Assembly (NCBI GenBank): GCA_030688605.1
Contig: JAUYJB010000122.1
Span: forward strand, 44,171 to 108,170
Direction of reading: 5' to 3'
DNA: 64,000 bases
Origin: Hyphomicrobiales bacterium
GTDB taxonomy: Bacteria; Pseudomonadota; Alphaproteobacteria; Rhizobiales; NORP267
In this document: positions 1-10,500 of the stretch, piece after piece
Position numbering within the stretch: position 1 is the stretch's first letter
Layout of the letters: the number at the start of each line of letters is the position of its first letter
Notes under the pieces: model-generated
Database searches by the model: none
What the model was told of the DNA's origin: nothing
Seen by the model: the letters and a program-made list of their open reading frames with translations, nothing else
Translations under genes and position numbers: made by a program

Positions 1-589
1 TAGCATAGGCGAAGGCGTCGCCGGCAGGCACCTTGTCGGGCATCAGCCCGCGGTTCTTCCAATTGTCGATATAGGCGGCAAGCTGGCGCGCCGGCCAGCG
101 CTTCTCGTCGATATTCTCCGCCGCGATGACCTGCTTCAGCAGGCGGATCTGGTCGTCGGTGTCGAGGATGGTGAAATCGGGCCTGAGGCCGACCAGCTCG
201 GCGTGGCGGCGCAGGATCTTGACGCCGATGGAATGGAAGGTGCCGAGCCAGGGCATCGCCTGCGCCGACTCGCCGATGAGCGCAATCACCCGCTCGCGCA
301 TCTCGTGCGCCGCCTTGTTGGTGAAGGTCACGGCCAGGATCTCGTGGGCCCGCGCCCGGCCGGTCCGCAGGATATGGGCGATACGAGTGGTGAGCACGCG
401 GGTCTTGCCGGTGCCGGCGCCGGCGAGCACCAGCACCGGGCCGTCTAGGGTCTCAACCGCGTGGCGCTGCTCGGCGTTGAGGGCGGCAAGATAGGGCGCG
501 CCACTCGCGGCAAGCGCGCGCTGAGCGATGCCGCCCTCGCGGATCGCAGGCTCAGGCGGCGCCGCTCTTTGAGACGAACGGCTCGTCAT
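1..589 (-). CDS. uvrD: UvrD/Rep-family (SF1) ATP-dependent DNA helicase, N-terminal ~196 codons; gene runs off the left window edge
   Basis: Not in the ORF track because it is open at the edge. Reverse-strand translation from ATG (589..587): MTSRSSQRAAPPEPAIREGGIAQRALAASGAPYLAALNAEQRHAVETLDGPVLVLAGAGTGKTRVLTTRIAHIL...ILAVTFTNKAAHEMRERVIA. Walker A (AGAGTGKT) and helicase motif Ia (VTFTNKAA) are present. Confidence 0.85.
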   Translation of the reverse strand, partial: MTSRSSQRAAPPEPAIREGGIAQRALAASGAPYLAALNAEQRHAVETLDGPVLVLAGAGTGKTRVLTTRIAHILRTGRARAHEILAVTFTNKAAHEMRERVIALIGESAQAMPWLGTFHSIGVKILRRHAELVGLRPDFTILDTDDQIRLLKQVIAAENIDEKRWPARQLAAYIDNWKNRGLMPDKVPAGDAFAYA

Positions 590-863
590 GGGTGTGACCG
601 AATCTGCATCAGCCTTGCACCATAGCACTTGCCGGCGGTTTGGCGAGCCGCCGATGGCGTCTCCCGGCCGGCGCGCCGGAGCGCGCGGCGCGGCGGCAAG
701 CATTTGCGGAAATCATGATCATTATCCAATCCTTAGCAGGGTTTATGCTCTTTTTTCTCCGGCGGACGCTACTTGGCGTAGGAATGCGCCGTTCGGGAAA
801 AAGCGTTCAAGCAAATCGGAATTTTTGCCGGACACACGGCAGCGCATGTGGCGGCCGCGCGGC

Positions 864-1145
864 ATGAGGGAAACTGGGTCGATCCGCAACTGGATCCTGA
901 CAATGGCCGTGGCCGCCGCAGCCGTCATCGGCGGACAAAGCGCGCTTGCCGAAACCGACGAGGTCCTCGTCACGCTGAAGGAGCTCTTCCGGAGGCCCTT
1001 GTCTATCCCGTTCCCGGAGCGAGCTCCCTATTCGCCGCAGATGGCGACCCTCGGCAAGATGCTGTTCTTCGATCCGCGCCTTTCCGACGCGCAGACGGTG
1101 AACTGCGTGAGCTGCCACAATCCGGCGTTCGGCTATGAGAGCCGA
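864..1145 (+). pseudogene. Truncated di-haem cytochrome c peroxidase (CCP/MauG family); only the signal peptide and first haem-binding block remain
   Basis: Inside ORF 588..1295, from Met at 864: MRETGSIRNWILTMAVAAAAVIGGQSALA (signal peptide), then LGKMLFFDPRLSDAQTVNCVSCHNPAFGY (conserved CCP N-terminal block with CxxCH). Similarity ends at ~1145, where the convergent regulator gene stops. The rest of the ORF is antisense read-through. Confidence 0.6.
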
Positions 1146-2750
1146 TCAAACCGTCAGGCCAGCTTTGCGCATGCCATCCAGAAAGCGGATCATCGGCCGG
1201 GAGGTGTAGGGTACAGCCTGCTCAATCCAGGCAAGCGACAGGTTTGGCTGAAGCTCTTGCAGTTGTGCCATTTCCGATCTTGCTTCCTCGATTAGCCCCG
1301 CCTGCGCCAGACTTGCGCAAAGCTTTCGGCGTGCACCGAGATGACCAGGTCGCATCAGGAGAGCTTGTCGTGCCCATTCCGCTGCTTCGGCATACCGGCC
1401 CGCGATGTAATGAGCGGCAGCAAAACCGGCCATATAGAAAACATTGAAGGGATCGCGGGGGCTCATCCTTATTGCTTTTTGTAGGTTCTTGATCGCTTCA
1501 TCGGAGCGGCCGTCATGAGCCTGTGCCCAGCCAGCGTATCCATAAGCGGCCGCGAAGTTCGAATTGAGATCGATTGCGGTGAAAAAGCGGCCGACGGCTT
1601 CATCGGTTCGTCGTACCGCAAAGGCAAGGTAACCAAGCGCCATGTACGCCCACGGATCGCTTCCATCGAGTTGGACCGCGCGGAGCGCAAGGCGCTCGAC
1701 GGACTCCCGATCATTTCCTGAGGGTCTCCAACCCATGTGACCTGCGACGAGTAGCGCGAACGCCAGCAAGCTATGCGGAGGTGCATAATTTGGATAACGC
1801 TCAACGGCTTGGTGCAGGATGCCGATTGCCGTCTCGCTGTCGGCGGCGGACAGCTTCCAGAAGCGCGTCACGGCGCGCGCGACCAGATCCCATGCATCTA
1901 GATTTTCGACCGGGCGTGTTTCAGCCCGCGTACCCTCGGCTGCCAAAAGCTTTGGTTCGATTGCCGCCGCGACGCTTGCTGTTATCTCGTCCTGCAGAGC
2001 GAATATGTCGATAAGCTCACGGTCATATCGCTCCGCCCACATATGGGTGCCTGTAGCCGCGTCCAGGAGCTGGGCGGTGATGCGCACTCGCTTCCCGCTC
2101 CGGCGGACGCTTCCTTCAAGAACGTAGCGGACTCCAAGATCGCGTCCCACTTGTCTCACGTCCGCACCTTCTCCTTTGTAGGCAAAGGTTGAATTGCGGG
2201 CGATGACGAAGAACCACCTCAAGCGCGACAAGGCGGTGATGATGTCCTCGGTAATTCCGTCGCTGAAATACTCCTGTTCGGGATCGTCGGACATATTGGT
2301 GAATGGCAGAACTGCGATTGAGGGTTTGTCGGGGAGCGCAGGCACCGCCGTGCCGAGCAGCAACTCAAGCGCTGTGTCTCGGTCCTTCGCCATTCTTGAG
2401 GAGTCGGCGGCATCGGCGTTGTGTTTCTCGCGGACCTCACCTACGAAGCGCAGCCCCTTTCGCGAGATGGTGCGGATCAATCGTTGATGCGCGCCGCTGT
2501 CGCCGATGGCTTTGCGAACGGCGGTAATTCTGCTGGTAAGCGTCGAATCCGATACAATGCGACCGTTCCAAACGTCCGCGATCAAGTCATCCTTGCTGAC
2601 CACGCGCTCGCGATTGCGGATGAGGTAGAGAAGAAGATCTCGAACCTGCGGTTCGACAGCGACAAGATTGGCTCCCCGCCGCAATTCCTGTCGGTCGGTA
2701 TCGATGGAATATTCTTCGAAGTCGTAGAGCACGGTTCCTCCACTGCGCAA
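1146..2750 (-). CDS. Transcriptional regulator: N-terminal OmpR/CadC-type winged-helix DNA-binding domain, central region, C-terminal TPR repeats
   Basis: 534-aa ORF. The N-terminus (YDFEEYSIDTDRQELRRGANLVAVEPQVRDLLLYLIRNRERVVSKDDLIADVWNGRIVSDSTLTSRITAVRKAI) is a typical trans_reg_C wHTH. The C-terminal half has TPR-like repeats (AYMALGYLAF..., AAAYGYAGWAQ..., NVFYMAGFAAAHY...). Confidence 0.75.
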   Translation of the reverse strand: MRSGGTVLYDFEEYSIDTDRQELRRGANLVAVEPQVRDLLLYLIRNRERVVSKDDLIADVWNGRIVSDSTLTSRITAVRKAIGDSGAHQRLIRTISRKGLRFVGEVREKHNADAADSSRMAKDRDTALELLLGTAVPALPDKPSIAVLPFTNMSDDPEQEYFSDGITEDIITALSRLRWFFVIARNSTFAYKGEGADVRQVGRDLGVRYVLEGSVRRSGKRVRITAQLLDAATGTHMWAERYDRELIDIFALQDEITASVAAAIEPKLLAAEGTRAETRPVENLDAWDLVARAVTRFWKLSAADSETAIGILHQAVERYPNYAPPHSLLAFALLVAGHMGWRPSGNDRESVERLALRAVQLDGSDPWAYMALGYLAFAVRRTDEAVGRFFTAIDLNSNFAAAYGYAGWAQAHDGRSDEAIKNLQKAIRMSPRDPFNVFYMAGFAAAHYIAGRYAEAAEWARQALLMRPGHLGARRKLCASLAQAGLIEEARSEMAQLQELQPNLSLAWIEQAVPYTSRPMIRFLDGMRKAGLTV

Positions 2751-2864
2751 GCATACCAGCCTCAGGGAAATGGCGGGAATAATTCAGCGATAAATCAGGC
2801 GCGTCTCGAGGACGGGGGGAAGCCACCGCTGGCATTGTTGGGCCTCCCTTCGGTGGAGGAGACC

Positions 2865-3533
2865 ATGCCGAATCATTCCAGCCTATGCGCGGCGTTCCTC
2901 ATGTTGACGACGCTCGGCCCGTCCTTGGCCCAACCTGTCCAGAAGCTGAATTCCGGTTCCCTGTCCTCGATCACAGAAAGGCGACTGGAGCAAATCGATA
3001 ATGTATCGGGAATTACTGTCCGCGTTCTCAACGCAGCCAAACTACAGCGGGGCGTCGGCCCGCCTACGCCCGCAATTCTGGCCGCGATCGCTGCCTGGCT
3101 TTCGGCAGACTTTGGTATGTCGGCCGTCCAGGATCCGCCGCGGGTAATGCTCGTTCCGCTGGCAAAGCTGGAGATGCTCCGTTTCGGCGGCTTGCTTCCA
3201 GACCGGGCAACGCATGTCGATAATGGGGGCGACCGAACCGTATCGTGGGATCGGGAGTACGATGTGGTGGCCCTTTACGACGACGCCACTCAGACGATTT
3301 ATGTGCAGGAAGGATGGACTGGCGCCACTCCCGCCGAACTCTCCGTGCTCGTTCATGAGATGGTCCACCACTTGCAGAACCTAGCCGGATCGAAATACCC
3401 GTGCGCCGAGGCCCGGGAACGGCCCGCCTATGTCGCCCAGGCGCGCTGGCTTGCACTGTTCGGCAAGAGTCTTGGCGGTGAGTTTTCCATAGACCCGATG
3501 ACATTGCTCGTCCGCACGACGTGCACGATGTGA
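2865..3533 (+). CDS. Secreted hypothetical protein with an HExxH zinc-metallopeptidase-like motif
   Basis: ORF 2421..3533 trimmed to the ATG at 2865, preceded by GGTGGAGGAG. Signal peptide MPNHSSLCAAFLMLTTLGPSLAQP. Motif LSVLVHEMVHHLQNLAG near the C-terminus. Divergent from the regulator. Confidence 0.6.
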   Translation: MPNHSSLCAAFLMLTTLGPSLAQPVQKLNSGSLSSITERRLEQIDNVSGITVRVLNAAKLQRGVGPPTPAILAAIAAWLSADFGMSAVQDPPRVMLVPLAKLEMLRFGGLLPDRATHVDNGGDRTVSWDREYDVVALYDDATQTIYVQEGWTGATPAELSVLVHEMVHHLQNLAGSKYPCAEARERPAYVAQARWLALFGKSLGGEFSIDPMTLLVRTTCTM

Positions 3534-3765
3534 CTGTCCAGGAGCAAATGTCGGGCTCGCGGATTTTCTCCTGAGACAACAGCGCGAAAGCGGCAAATCA
3601 CAGACGCTGACCCGGTCGCCAGTCCGGGTCCGATTTGAGGTCACCTTCGGCCTTGTGGGCCGGCGCCATACGATGTCCGGTGCTTGTTCCGGAAGCGGAA
3701 GGTTGCATTCCGCCCCGGCGCCGCGCGTCACGGTGCGTGGCGGCGCACTGGGCCACGCAAAATAG

Positions 3766-5433
3766 CTACCGGTGCTCCTCGATGCTGGCGTCGATCAGCG
3801 CCTCGTTGAAGACGGCGAGCGCGTCGACGTGAAATGCCCAGCCGACGATGCGGCTCTCGTCGCTCTCGTCGACGACCGGCACCTTGGAGACGCCTTCGGC
3901 GGCGAAGACGCGCAAGGCGGTTTCGATGGTCTCGGCGGGCGTCAGCCAGGGCTCGCCGGAGGCGGCGTCGAAGGCCGTGATCGCCTCGCCCTCGCCCATC
4001 GGCTGCATGAAGTCCTTGACCCGCAACAGCCGCCCCAGCCGCTTGTGCGGCCCCTCGCGCAGAAACAGGCCACGCATGGCGAGCTGCCAGTGGAAATAGC
4101 TGCGGCCGTGGATCAGTTGCGTGGCGGCGCTGGCGACGGACACCGTCAGCAGAAGCGCGATGGACAATGCCAGGCCGCCGGTCAGCTCGAACACGATCAT
4201 GGTGGTCGAAATCGGCGCCCCGAGGACGGCGGCGGTCACCGCGCCCATGCCGAGTATGGCGTAGAGGCCATGGCTGGATGCGATCTCGGGAAAGGCCGCC
4301 GCGGCGATATAGCCGAAGGCGCCGCCGGTCATGGCGCCGAGATAGAGCGAGGGCGAGAACACGCCGCCGCCGAAGCGGCTGCCGAGCGTGATCGCGGTCG
4401 CCGCCGTCTTGGCGACGATGAGGGCGATCAGCATCATCAGCGGCAATTGCTGGTTCAGCGCCATGTCGGTCGCCTCGTAGCCGACGCCGAGGATCTCCGG
4501 GAAGAAGATGGCGATGGCGCCGACCAGGAGGCCGCCGACCACCGGCCGCAGCCACAGCCTGAGCGGCACCTTTCGCGCGATCCAGTCGGTGCCCATGATG
4601 GCGAACTGGAACAGGATCGCGACCAGCGCGCAGGTCAGGCCGAGCAGCGCGAAGGCCGGGAACTCCCACAGCGAGGCGATGTGGTAGCTGGGCACGGTAA
4701 AGGCCGGAAAGTCGCCGAAATAGAGCCGCGAGACGACGCTCGCCCCGACGCTGGATATGACGATCGGAACGAAGGCCGACAGCGCATAGTGGCCGAGGAT
4801 CACCTCATGGGCGAACAGGGCGCCGGCAATCGGCACGTTGAAGGAGGCGGCGACCGCGCCGGCGACGCCGCAGGCGAGGATGGTGCGCCGGCCGCCCGGC
4901 GGCAGGTGGAAGCGCGCGCTCAGGGCCGAGGCGAGGCTGGCGCCGAGATGCACCACCGGGCCCTCGCGACCGGCGCTGGCGCCCGAACCGAGCGAGACGG
5001 CGGCGATGCCGGCGCTGATGAGCCCGCGGCGCAGCGGGATGCGGCTGCCGCCGACGGCCTGCGCCTCGATGACGTCGGCGACGCTCTCGGCGCGGCGGCC
5101 GGGCATCAGATAGCCGAGCGCCAGCCCGACCAGGAGCCCGCCGGCGGCAGGGGCCAGCAGAATGACCCACCAGGGCCTGGTGCGGGCCATCGAGGCCACC
5201 GCCTCGCTGGCGCCGCCGAGCCAGGGCACCTGGGTCATGGCGATGGCGACGCGGAAGGCGATGGCGCCGCCGGCCGCGGCCAGCCCGACGGCGATGGCGA
5301 TCAGCCAGACGATGCCGTCGCGGCGGGTGAGGGCGGCGCGAATGTTGGGCGCCGCCCAGCCGACCGCGTGGGCCGCGAGCCCCCGACGCGCCAACCGCAA
5401 GGTAGCCCGGAACCGGTTGCGCAGGCGAGCCAA
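3766..5433 (-). CDS. ClC-family chloride channel / H+-Cl- antiporter with a C-terminal CBS pair
   Basis: ORF 3766..5514. Selectivity-filter motif GSGASAGREGP, multiple TM helices and a CBS-like tail (VKDFMQP...VVDESDESRIVGW). I moved the start to the in-frame TTG at 5433, 7 nt after the upstream thioesterase stop. The ATG at 5514 would overlap that gene by 74 nt. The start is uncertain. Confidence 0.8.
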   Translation of the reverse strand: MARLRNRFRATLRLARRGLAAHAVGWAAPNIRAALTRRDGIVWLIAIAVGLAAAGGAIAFRVAIAMTQVPWLGGASEAVASMARTRPWWVILLAPAAGGLLVGLALGYLMPGRRAESVADVIEAQAVGGSRIPLRRGLISAGIAAVSLGSGASAGREGPVVHLGASLASALSARFHLPPGGRRTILACGVAGAVAASFNVPIAGALFAHEVILGHYALSAFVPIVISSVGASVVSRLYFGDFPAFTVPSYHIASLWEFPAFALLGLTCALVAILFQFAIMGTDWIARKVPLRLWLRPVVGGLLVGAIAIFFPEILGVGYEATDMALNQQLPLMMLIALIVAKTAATAITLGSRFGGGVFSPSLYLGAMTGGAFGYIAAAAFPEIASSHGLYAILGMGAVTAAVLGAPISTTMIVFELTGGLALSIALLLTVSVASAATQLIHGRSYFHWQLAMRGLFLREGPHKRLGRLLRVKDFMQPMGEGEAITAFDAASGEPWLTPAETIETALRVFAAEGVSKVPVVDESDESRIVGWAFHVDALAVFNEALIDASIEEHR

Positions 5434-5440
5434 GGCCGGG

Positions 5441-5929
5441 TCACCTCGGCTGGCGGGGAATGGCGATGACGCGGCCGAGTTGCGACGGGCGCGGCAAGCC
5501 GGCATGGGCCTCATGCATTTCCCCGATCCGGGTCATGACGTCGTCCGGGAAGGGCGCCGAGCGCCGGGCGCGGGTGTCGACGTGCAGGGTCATGGTCTCC
5601 GAGGTCGCCGACAGGAAGCCGTTCGCGGCGTGATAGAGCTCCTGGAAGGCGTGCACCCGCTTGGCGTCGAAGTCGATGATCCGGAAGGTCGCCCGCACCG
5701 CGTCGCCCTCGCCAAGCTCGGCGAGATAGGTGACATGGGCCTCGAGCGTGTAGAAGGAGGCATGGCGGCTCTTCACATAGTCCGGCCCCATGCCGACGAG
5801 GGCGAAGGCGTTGTCGACGCAGCGGTCGAAGAACACATTGTAGTAGGCCATGTTCAAGTGGCCATTATAGTCGATCCATGCCGGCTCGACATGCATGATC
5901 GGCGAGGTGAGGGGCGCTTCGAACGGCAT
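5441..5929 (-). CDS. Hotdog-fold acyl-CoA thioesterase (4HBT/YbgC-like)
   Basis: 162-aa ORF. VEPAWIDYNGHLNMAYYNVFFDRCVDNAF is typical of 4HBT-family thioesterases. Confidence 0.7.
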   Translation of the reverse strand: MPFEAPLTSPIMHVEPAWIDYNGHLNMAYYNVFFDRCVDNAFALVGMGPDYVKSRHASFYTLEAHVTYLAELGEGDAVRATFRIIDFDAKRVHAFQELYHAANGFLSATSETMTLHVDTRARRSAPFPDDVMTRIGEMHEAHAGLPRPSQLGRVIAIPRQPR

Positions 5930-6109
5930 GGCGGAGGCGTTCCTTGTCCGGAATCGGGTCCTGTTCCTTCATAGCGCAGGCGCGGGACGCGTCAAAAGAC
6001 GGAATGTAGCCGCCTTCGGCTTTGGCCCATTTGGCGGTTTCTGATAGGTTTGGGGCAATGATCGGTCGGCCCGCACCCGCCGGCGCGGCGCCCGTCGGAG
6101 AGAGAGACG

Positions 6110-7507
6110 ATGCAATCCGTGCGTAAAAGGGAGCGCAAGGGGACGGACGAGGCGCTCGCCGTGCTCAAGCAGCGGTTCGGCGACCGCTTCTCGACCGGTC
6201 GGGCGGTGCGCGAGCAGCACGCGAGCACGATCACCTGGCACCGCAATACGCCGCCGGACGCGGTCGTCTTCGCGCAAACCACCGAGGAGGTCGCCGAGAT
6301 CGTCGGCGTTTGCGCCGAGCGCCGCGTTCCGGTCATCCCCTTCGGCACCGGAACCTCGCTCGAGGGCCACGTCAATGCGCCCTTCGGCGGCGTTTCGGTC
6401 GATCTTTCGCAGATGAACCGCATCATCGCCGTGCATCAGGAGGACCTCGACTGCAAGGTGGAGGCCGGCGTGACGCGGGTCCAGCTCAACGAGTATCTGC
6501 GCGACACCGGCACCTTCTTCGCCATCGACCCGGGGGCCGACGCCAGCCTCGGCGGCATGGCGGCGACGCGCGCCTCGGGCACCAACGCGGTGCGCTACGG
6601 CACGATGCGCGACAATGTGCTCAATCTGACCGCGGTGCTGCCTTCCGGCGAAATCGTGCACACCGGCGGCCGGGCGAAGAAATCCTCGGCCGGCTACGAC
6701 CTCACCCGCCTTTTCATCGGCGCGGAAGGCACGCTCGGCGTGATCACCGAACTGACCTTGCGGCTGCACGGCATCCCGGAGGCGATATCCGCCGGCGTAT
6801 GCCCGTTCTCGACGCTCAAGGGCGCCTGCGAGGCGGTGATCGCGACCATCCAGTCGGGGATCCCGGTGGCCCGCATCGAGCTTCTCGACGAGGTGCAGGT
6901 GCGCGCCTGCAACGCCTATTCCAAGCTGTCGCTGAAGGCGACGCCGACCCTGTTCGTCGAGTTTCACGGCTCGCCGAACAGCGTGCGCGAGCAGGCGGAG
7001 AGGTTCGGCGAGATTGCGCGCGAGTTCGGCGGCGGCCCCTTCGACTGGGCGACCGAAACGGAGGACCGCAACCGGCTGTGGACGGCGCGCCACAATGCCT
7101 ATTTCGCCGCCGTCGCCTCGGCGCCCGGCAAGAAGGCCCTCGTCAGCGACGTCTGCGTGCCGATTTCGCGGCTGGCCGAATGCGTGCTCGACACCAAGCG
7201 CGACATCGAGAAAAACAATCTGCACGCGCCGCTGGTCGGCCATGTCGGCGACGGCAATTTCCACACCACGATCATGGTCAACCTCGACGATGCGGACGAG
7301 CTGGCCCGCGCCGAAACCATGCTGGAGCGCATGGTGGAGCGGGCGCTGGCCATGGAAGGCACCTGCACCGGCGAGCACGGCATCGGCGAAGGCAAGATGA
7401 AGTATTTAACCATGGAACACGGAAATGGCGTCGACCTCATGCGCGCCATAAAAAAGGCAATTGATCCTGATAACATTATGAATCCAGGTAAGATTTTTGC
7501 CCTATAA
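6110..7507 (+). CDS. FAD-linked oxidase (GlcD / D-lactate dehydrogenase family)
   Basis: 465-aa ORF. FAD-binding PCMH-type region (VIPFGTGTSLEGH...) and C-terminal GTCTGEHGIGEGK motif typical of D-2-hydroxyacid/D-lactate dehydrogenases. Confidence 0.85.
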   Translation: MQSVRKRERKGTDEALAVLKQRFGDRFSTGRAVREQHASTITWHRNTPPDAVVFAQTTEEVAEIVGVCAERRVPVIPFGTGTSLEGHVNAPFGGVSVDLSQMNRIIAVHQEDLDCKVEAGVTRVQLNEYLRDTGTFFAIDPGADASLGGMAATRASGTNAVRYGTMRDNVLNLTAVLPSGEIVHTGGRAKKSSAGYDLTRLFIGAEGTLGVITELTLRLHGIPEAISAGVCPFSTLKGACEAVIATIQSGIPVARIELLDEVQVRACNAYSKLSLKATPTLFVEFHGSPNSVREQAERFGEIAREFGGGPFDWATETEDRNRLWTARHNAYFAAVASAPGKKALVSDVCVPISRLAECVLDTKRDIEKNNLHAPLVGHVGDGNFHTTIMVNLDDADELARAETMLERMVERALAMEGTCTGEHGIGEGKMKYLTMEHGNGVDLMRAIKKAIDPDNIMNPGKIFAL

Positions 7508-7578
7508 GAAAGTTACGGCGGCAATGCGGTAGACGGCAGCCAATAGGGCACCAGGCGGGCGGGGATGTAAGTTGAGAG

Positions 7579-10500
7579 TTGCAATTTGACCCATTTCGCG
7601 GGGATAGCCTTGTGAACTCGGTTTTGCTCTCGGTCGGCGTGGCCGTCGTGCTTGCCATGTTCGCGGCGCTGCTCGGGCCGTTCCTCATCGACTGGAACGC
7701 CTACAAGTACCTCCTCGAAGCGCGCCTGAGCGAAGTGGCCGGCGAGCCGGTCAGCGTCGGCGAGGTGGTCGAGTTGCGCCTGTTGCCGACTCCGGTCCTG
7801 AAGGCGAACGGCCTGCGCGTCTACGCCTACGGGGGAGAGGACGCCATGCCGCTGCTTACCGCGCCGCGCATCCAGGCGCGCATGGCGCTGGCGCCGATCC
7901 TCAGCGGCAAGATCGAATTCGATGAGCTGATCATCGAAGAGCCGGCGCTGCAGGTGCTGTGGCGCAGCGACGGCAGCGTCGAGCTGCCCGGTTTCGGCGC
8001 CGCCAGCAGCTCGATCGATCCGCGGCGCGTGTCCCTCAACGCGCTGGAGATCCGCGAGGGCTCGATCACCATCCGCGACGAGCACATGCGGGAAGTCCGG
8101 ACCCTGACCGGGTTCAACCTGACTGGCGGGGCCCCCTCGCTCAGCGGGCCGTTCAAGGCCGCAGGCGGCGTCATCGACGATGGCGTGCTGTACGCGTTCC
8201 GGCTTGCCACCGGGCAGGTGCAGGAGGATGGCGCGCTGCGGACCAAGCTTGCCGTACAGCCGGCGAGCGGCGAATTCGAGCTTGCCCTCGACGGGCTGCT
8301 TTCGGCCTCCGAGGGGCAACCGGAGTTCCGCGGCGAGGCGTGGCTGCAACGGGTCACGGCGGCGGTCAGCGAGGACGTGCCGCAGGCCTACCGCGCCGAG
8401 CGGGCCGGGGCGCCCTGGCGGGCCACCATGGAGATCGAGGCGACGCCGCTCGCGGTGACGGCGAAGACACTTTCGATCGGCATCGGCGAGGACGAACGGG
8501 CGGTGCAGCTTGCCGGCGGCGGCAGGATCGATCTTTATCCGATCTTGCGCTTCGACGCCGAGATGCGGGCAAGCCAGATCGATCTCGACCGGGCGCTCGG
8601 CCATGGGCCGGGGGGCCGGGCCGCGGTCGGCGAGCTCGGCGCGGTGGCGTCGGGGCTGGAGACGTGGATCAAGGCGCTCAATGCGCCGCTTGCCCTGCGG
8701 CTCGCGGCCGATGCGGTGCTCATCAACGGCAGCCTTGCCGAGGACCTCGACGTTGCCGCCGACGTCGCCGAGGCGAGGGTCTCGGTGAAGAATTTCAGCG
8801 TCCGCCTGCCGGGCAAGAGCGTGCTGACGGGCAAGGGGACGGTGGCGCTCGGCGATGCCGCGCCGTCGCTCGACGCCACGACCCAGCTGGAGACGCTCCA
8901 GGCCGGGCTGCTCCTGCAATGGCTGGGGATCGAGGATTTCAGCGTTGGCACTCTCAGGGTCCGGCCGGGGGCCGCGGCGATCGTGGCCAAGGCGCGGCTC
9001 GGCCTGCGCGACGGCGTGTTCAGGCTCGACGACCTCGAGGCGCATCTCGACGATACGGCGATCGCCGGACGGGTCTTCTACCAGGGCGGCGAAGGCGCCT
9101 CGCGCAAGCTCGATCTGGTGCTCGCCCTCGACGCGCTCGACCTCGACCGCTATTTCGAGATCGTTCCGCGGACCGCGGGCGAGGCGGGCGCAGAGGAGGC
9201 AGGGCAGGGACGCCCGCCGCCCGACATCGCCTTGCGGCTCGATGCCGAAAGCCTGAGCCTCGGCGACGTGACCGGACGGGCGCTGGTCGCCGACCTCGTC
9301 TATTCGCAGGGCTCGCTCACCGTAAACAGCCTGTCGCTGGGCGATCTCGGCGGCACGTCGCTGGCCGCGTCCGGCCGCGTCGACGACGTGTTCGGCCGGG
9401 CGGACGGCGAGTTGATCGCCTCGATGACCTCGGACGATCTGACCGGCGTGGCGCGGCTTGCGACAGAACTCGGATTTACCGGACGCGACGGCGCGGAGCT
9501 GGCGGCGCAGGCGGCCGCGATCAGCCCGGCAGCCGTCGAGGCGACGCTGAAAGCGATCCGCTCGGACGCCGGCACCGAGGTGGAGGCGACGTTTTCCGCC
9601 GCCCTGGGCGGCACCCTTGCCAAGACGGAGGCAAGCTTTCGCGGCCAGTTGTCCGACCTGCGCGCCGGCACCTTCGAGGTATCGGCGGAGGCAAGCAATC
9701 CGGACGGCGAAAAGTTGCTGGCCCAGCTCGGCATTCCGCCGGGCGCGAACGGCGCTGAGGAAAAGCTGCCCGGCCGGGTGCGCCTCAAGCTTGCCGGGCC
9801 GCTGGCCGAAGGCGCGAAACTGAGCGCAGAGGCGGGCTTTCTCGGCGTGACCGGCCAGATGGACGGGACCTTGACCATCGACTCCGGAACCGCCTTCGCG
9901 GGCCGCATCGAGGCCGCGACCGAGGACGCCCGTCTGCTGCTGCGCCGGCTCGATGCGCCGGGCAAGGACGCCGAGATGCCAGTGAAGGCGGAGATTTCCG
10001 GGACGCTCGAGCGCCAGGGCGCGCGCTGGCGGCTCCACGACATCGACGGCCAGACGGGGCGGCAGACGTTCATCGGCGATTTGCGGCTCGAGTTGCCGGC
10101 CGAAGGCGGCCGGCGCCTTGAGGGCAATCTCGATCTGGATATGCTGAGCCTGCCCTGGCTGCTTGCCACGCTGCTCGGCGCGGAGAGCAGCGAGCCGGTG
10201 CCCGGCGCCTGGCCGGAGGCGCCGTTCGACCTTGCGACAACGTGGCTTTTCGAGGGAACGGTTGGCGTCAGCACCAACCGGCTCGAGCTTCCCGGCGGCG
10301 CGCTGATGGGCGGCGCCCGCTTCGACCTGCAATTGCAGCCGGGCAGCGCCGCCCTCAACAACCTGCAGGGGCGACTTTTCGGCGGCGAGGCGACGGCCAA
10401 TCTGCGGCTGGCCGACTCCGTGCTGCAGCGCGGCGTGACCTTTACCGCCGACATCAGCCTCGAGGACGCCGTCCTCGACGAGCTGGCCTGGGCTCCCGGC

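Noticed and set aside
588-1295. 235-aa + strand ORF taken as an intact gene
   Set aside because: Only residues encoded by ~864..1145 look like a real protein (a CCP fragment). The N-terminal part is intergenic and the C-terminal part is antisense to the regulator gene. It is called a pseudogene fragment instead.
3534-3765. Search for the missing C-terminal part of the cytochrome c peroxidase downstream of the inserted block
   Set aside because: No frame in this 230-bp spacer shows the second CxxCH or the conserved APYMHDG-type block. The remnant is therefore treated as deleted, not displaced.
5969-7378. 469-aa minus-strand ORF opposite the FAD-linked oxidase, and the 384-aa alternative + frame ORF 6310..7464
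   Set aside because: Both are shadow or alternate-frame ORFs with Arg/Gly/Ala-rich composition. The 6110..7507 frame carries the FAD-oxidase motifs.
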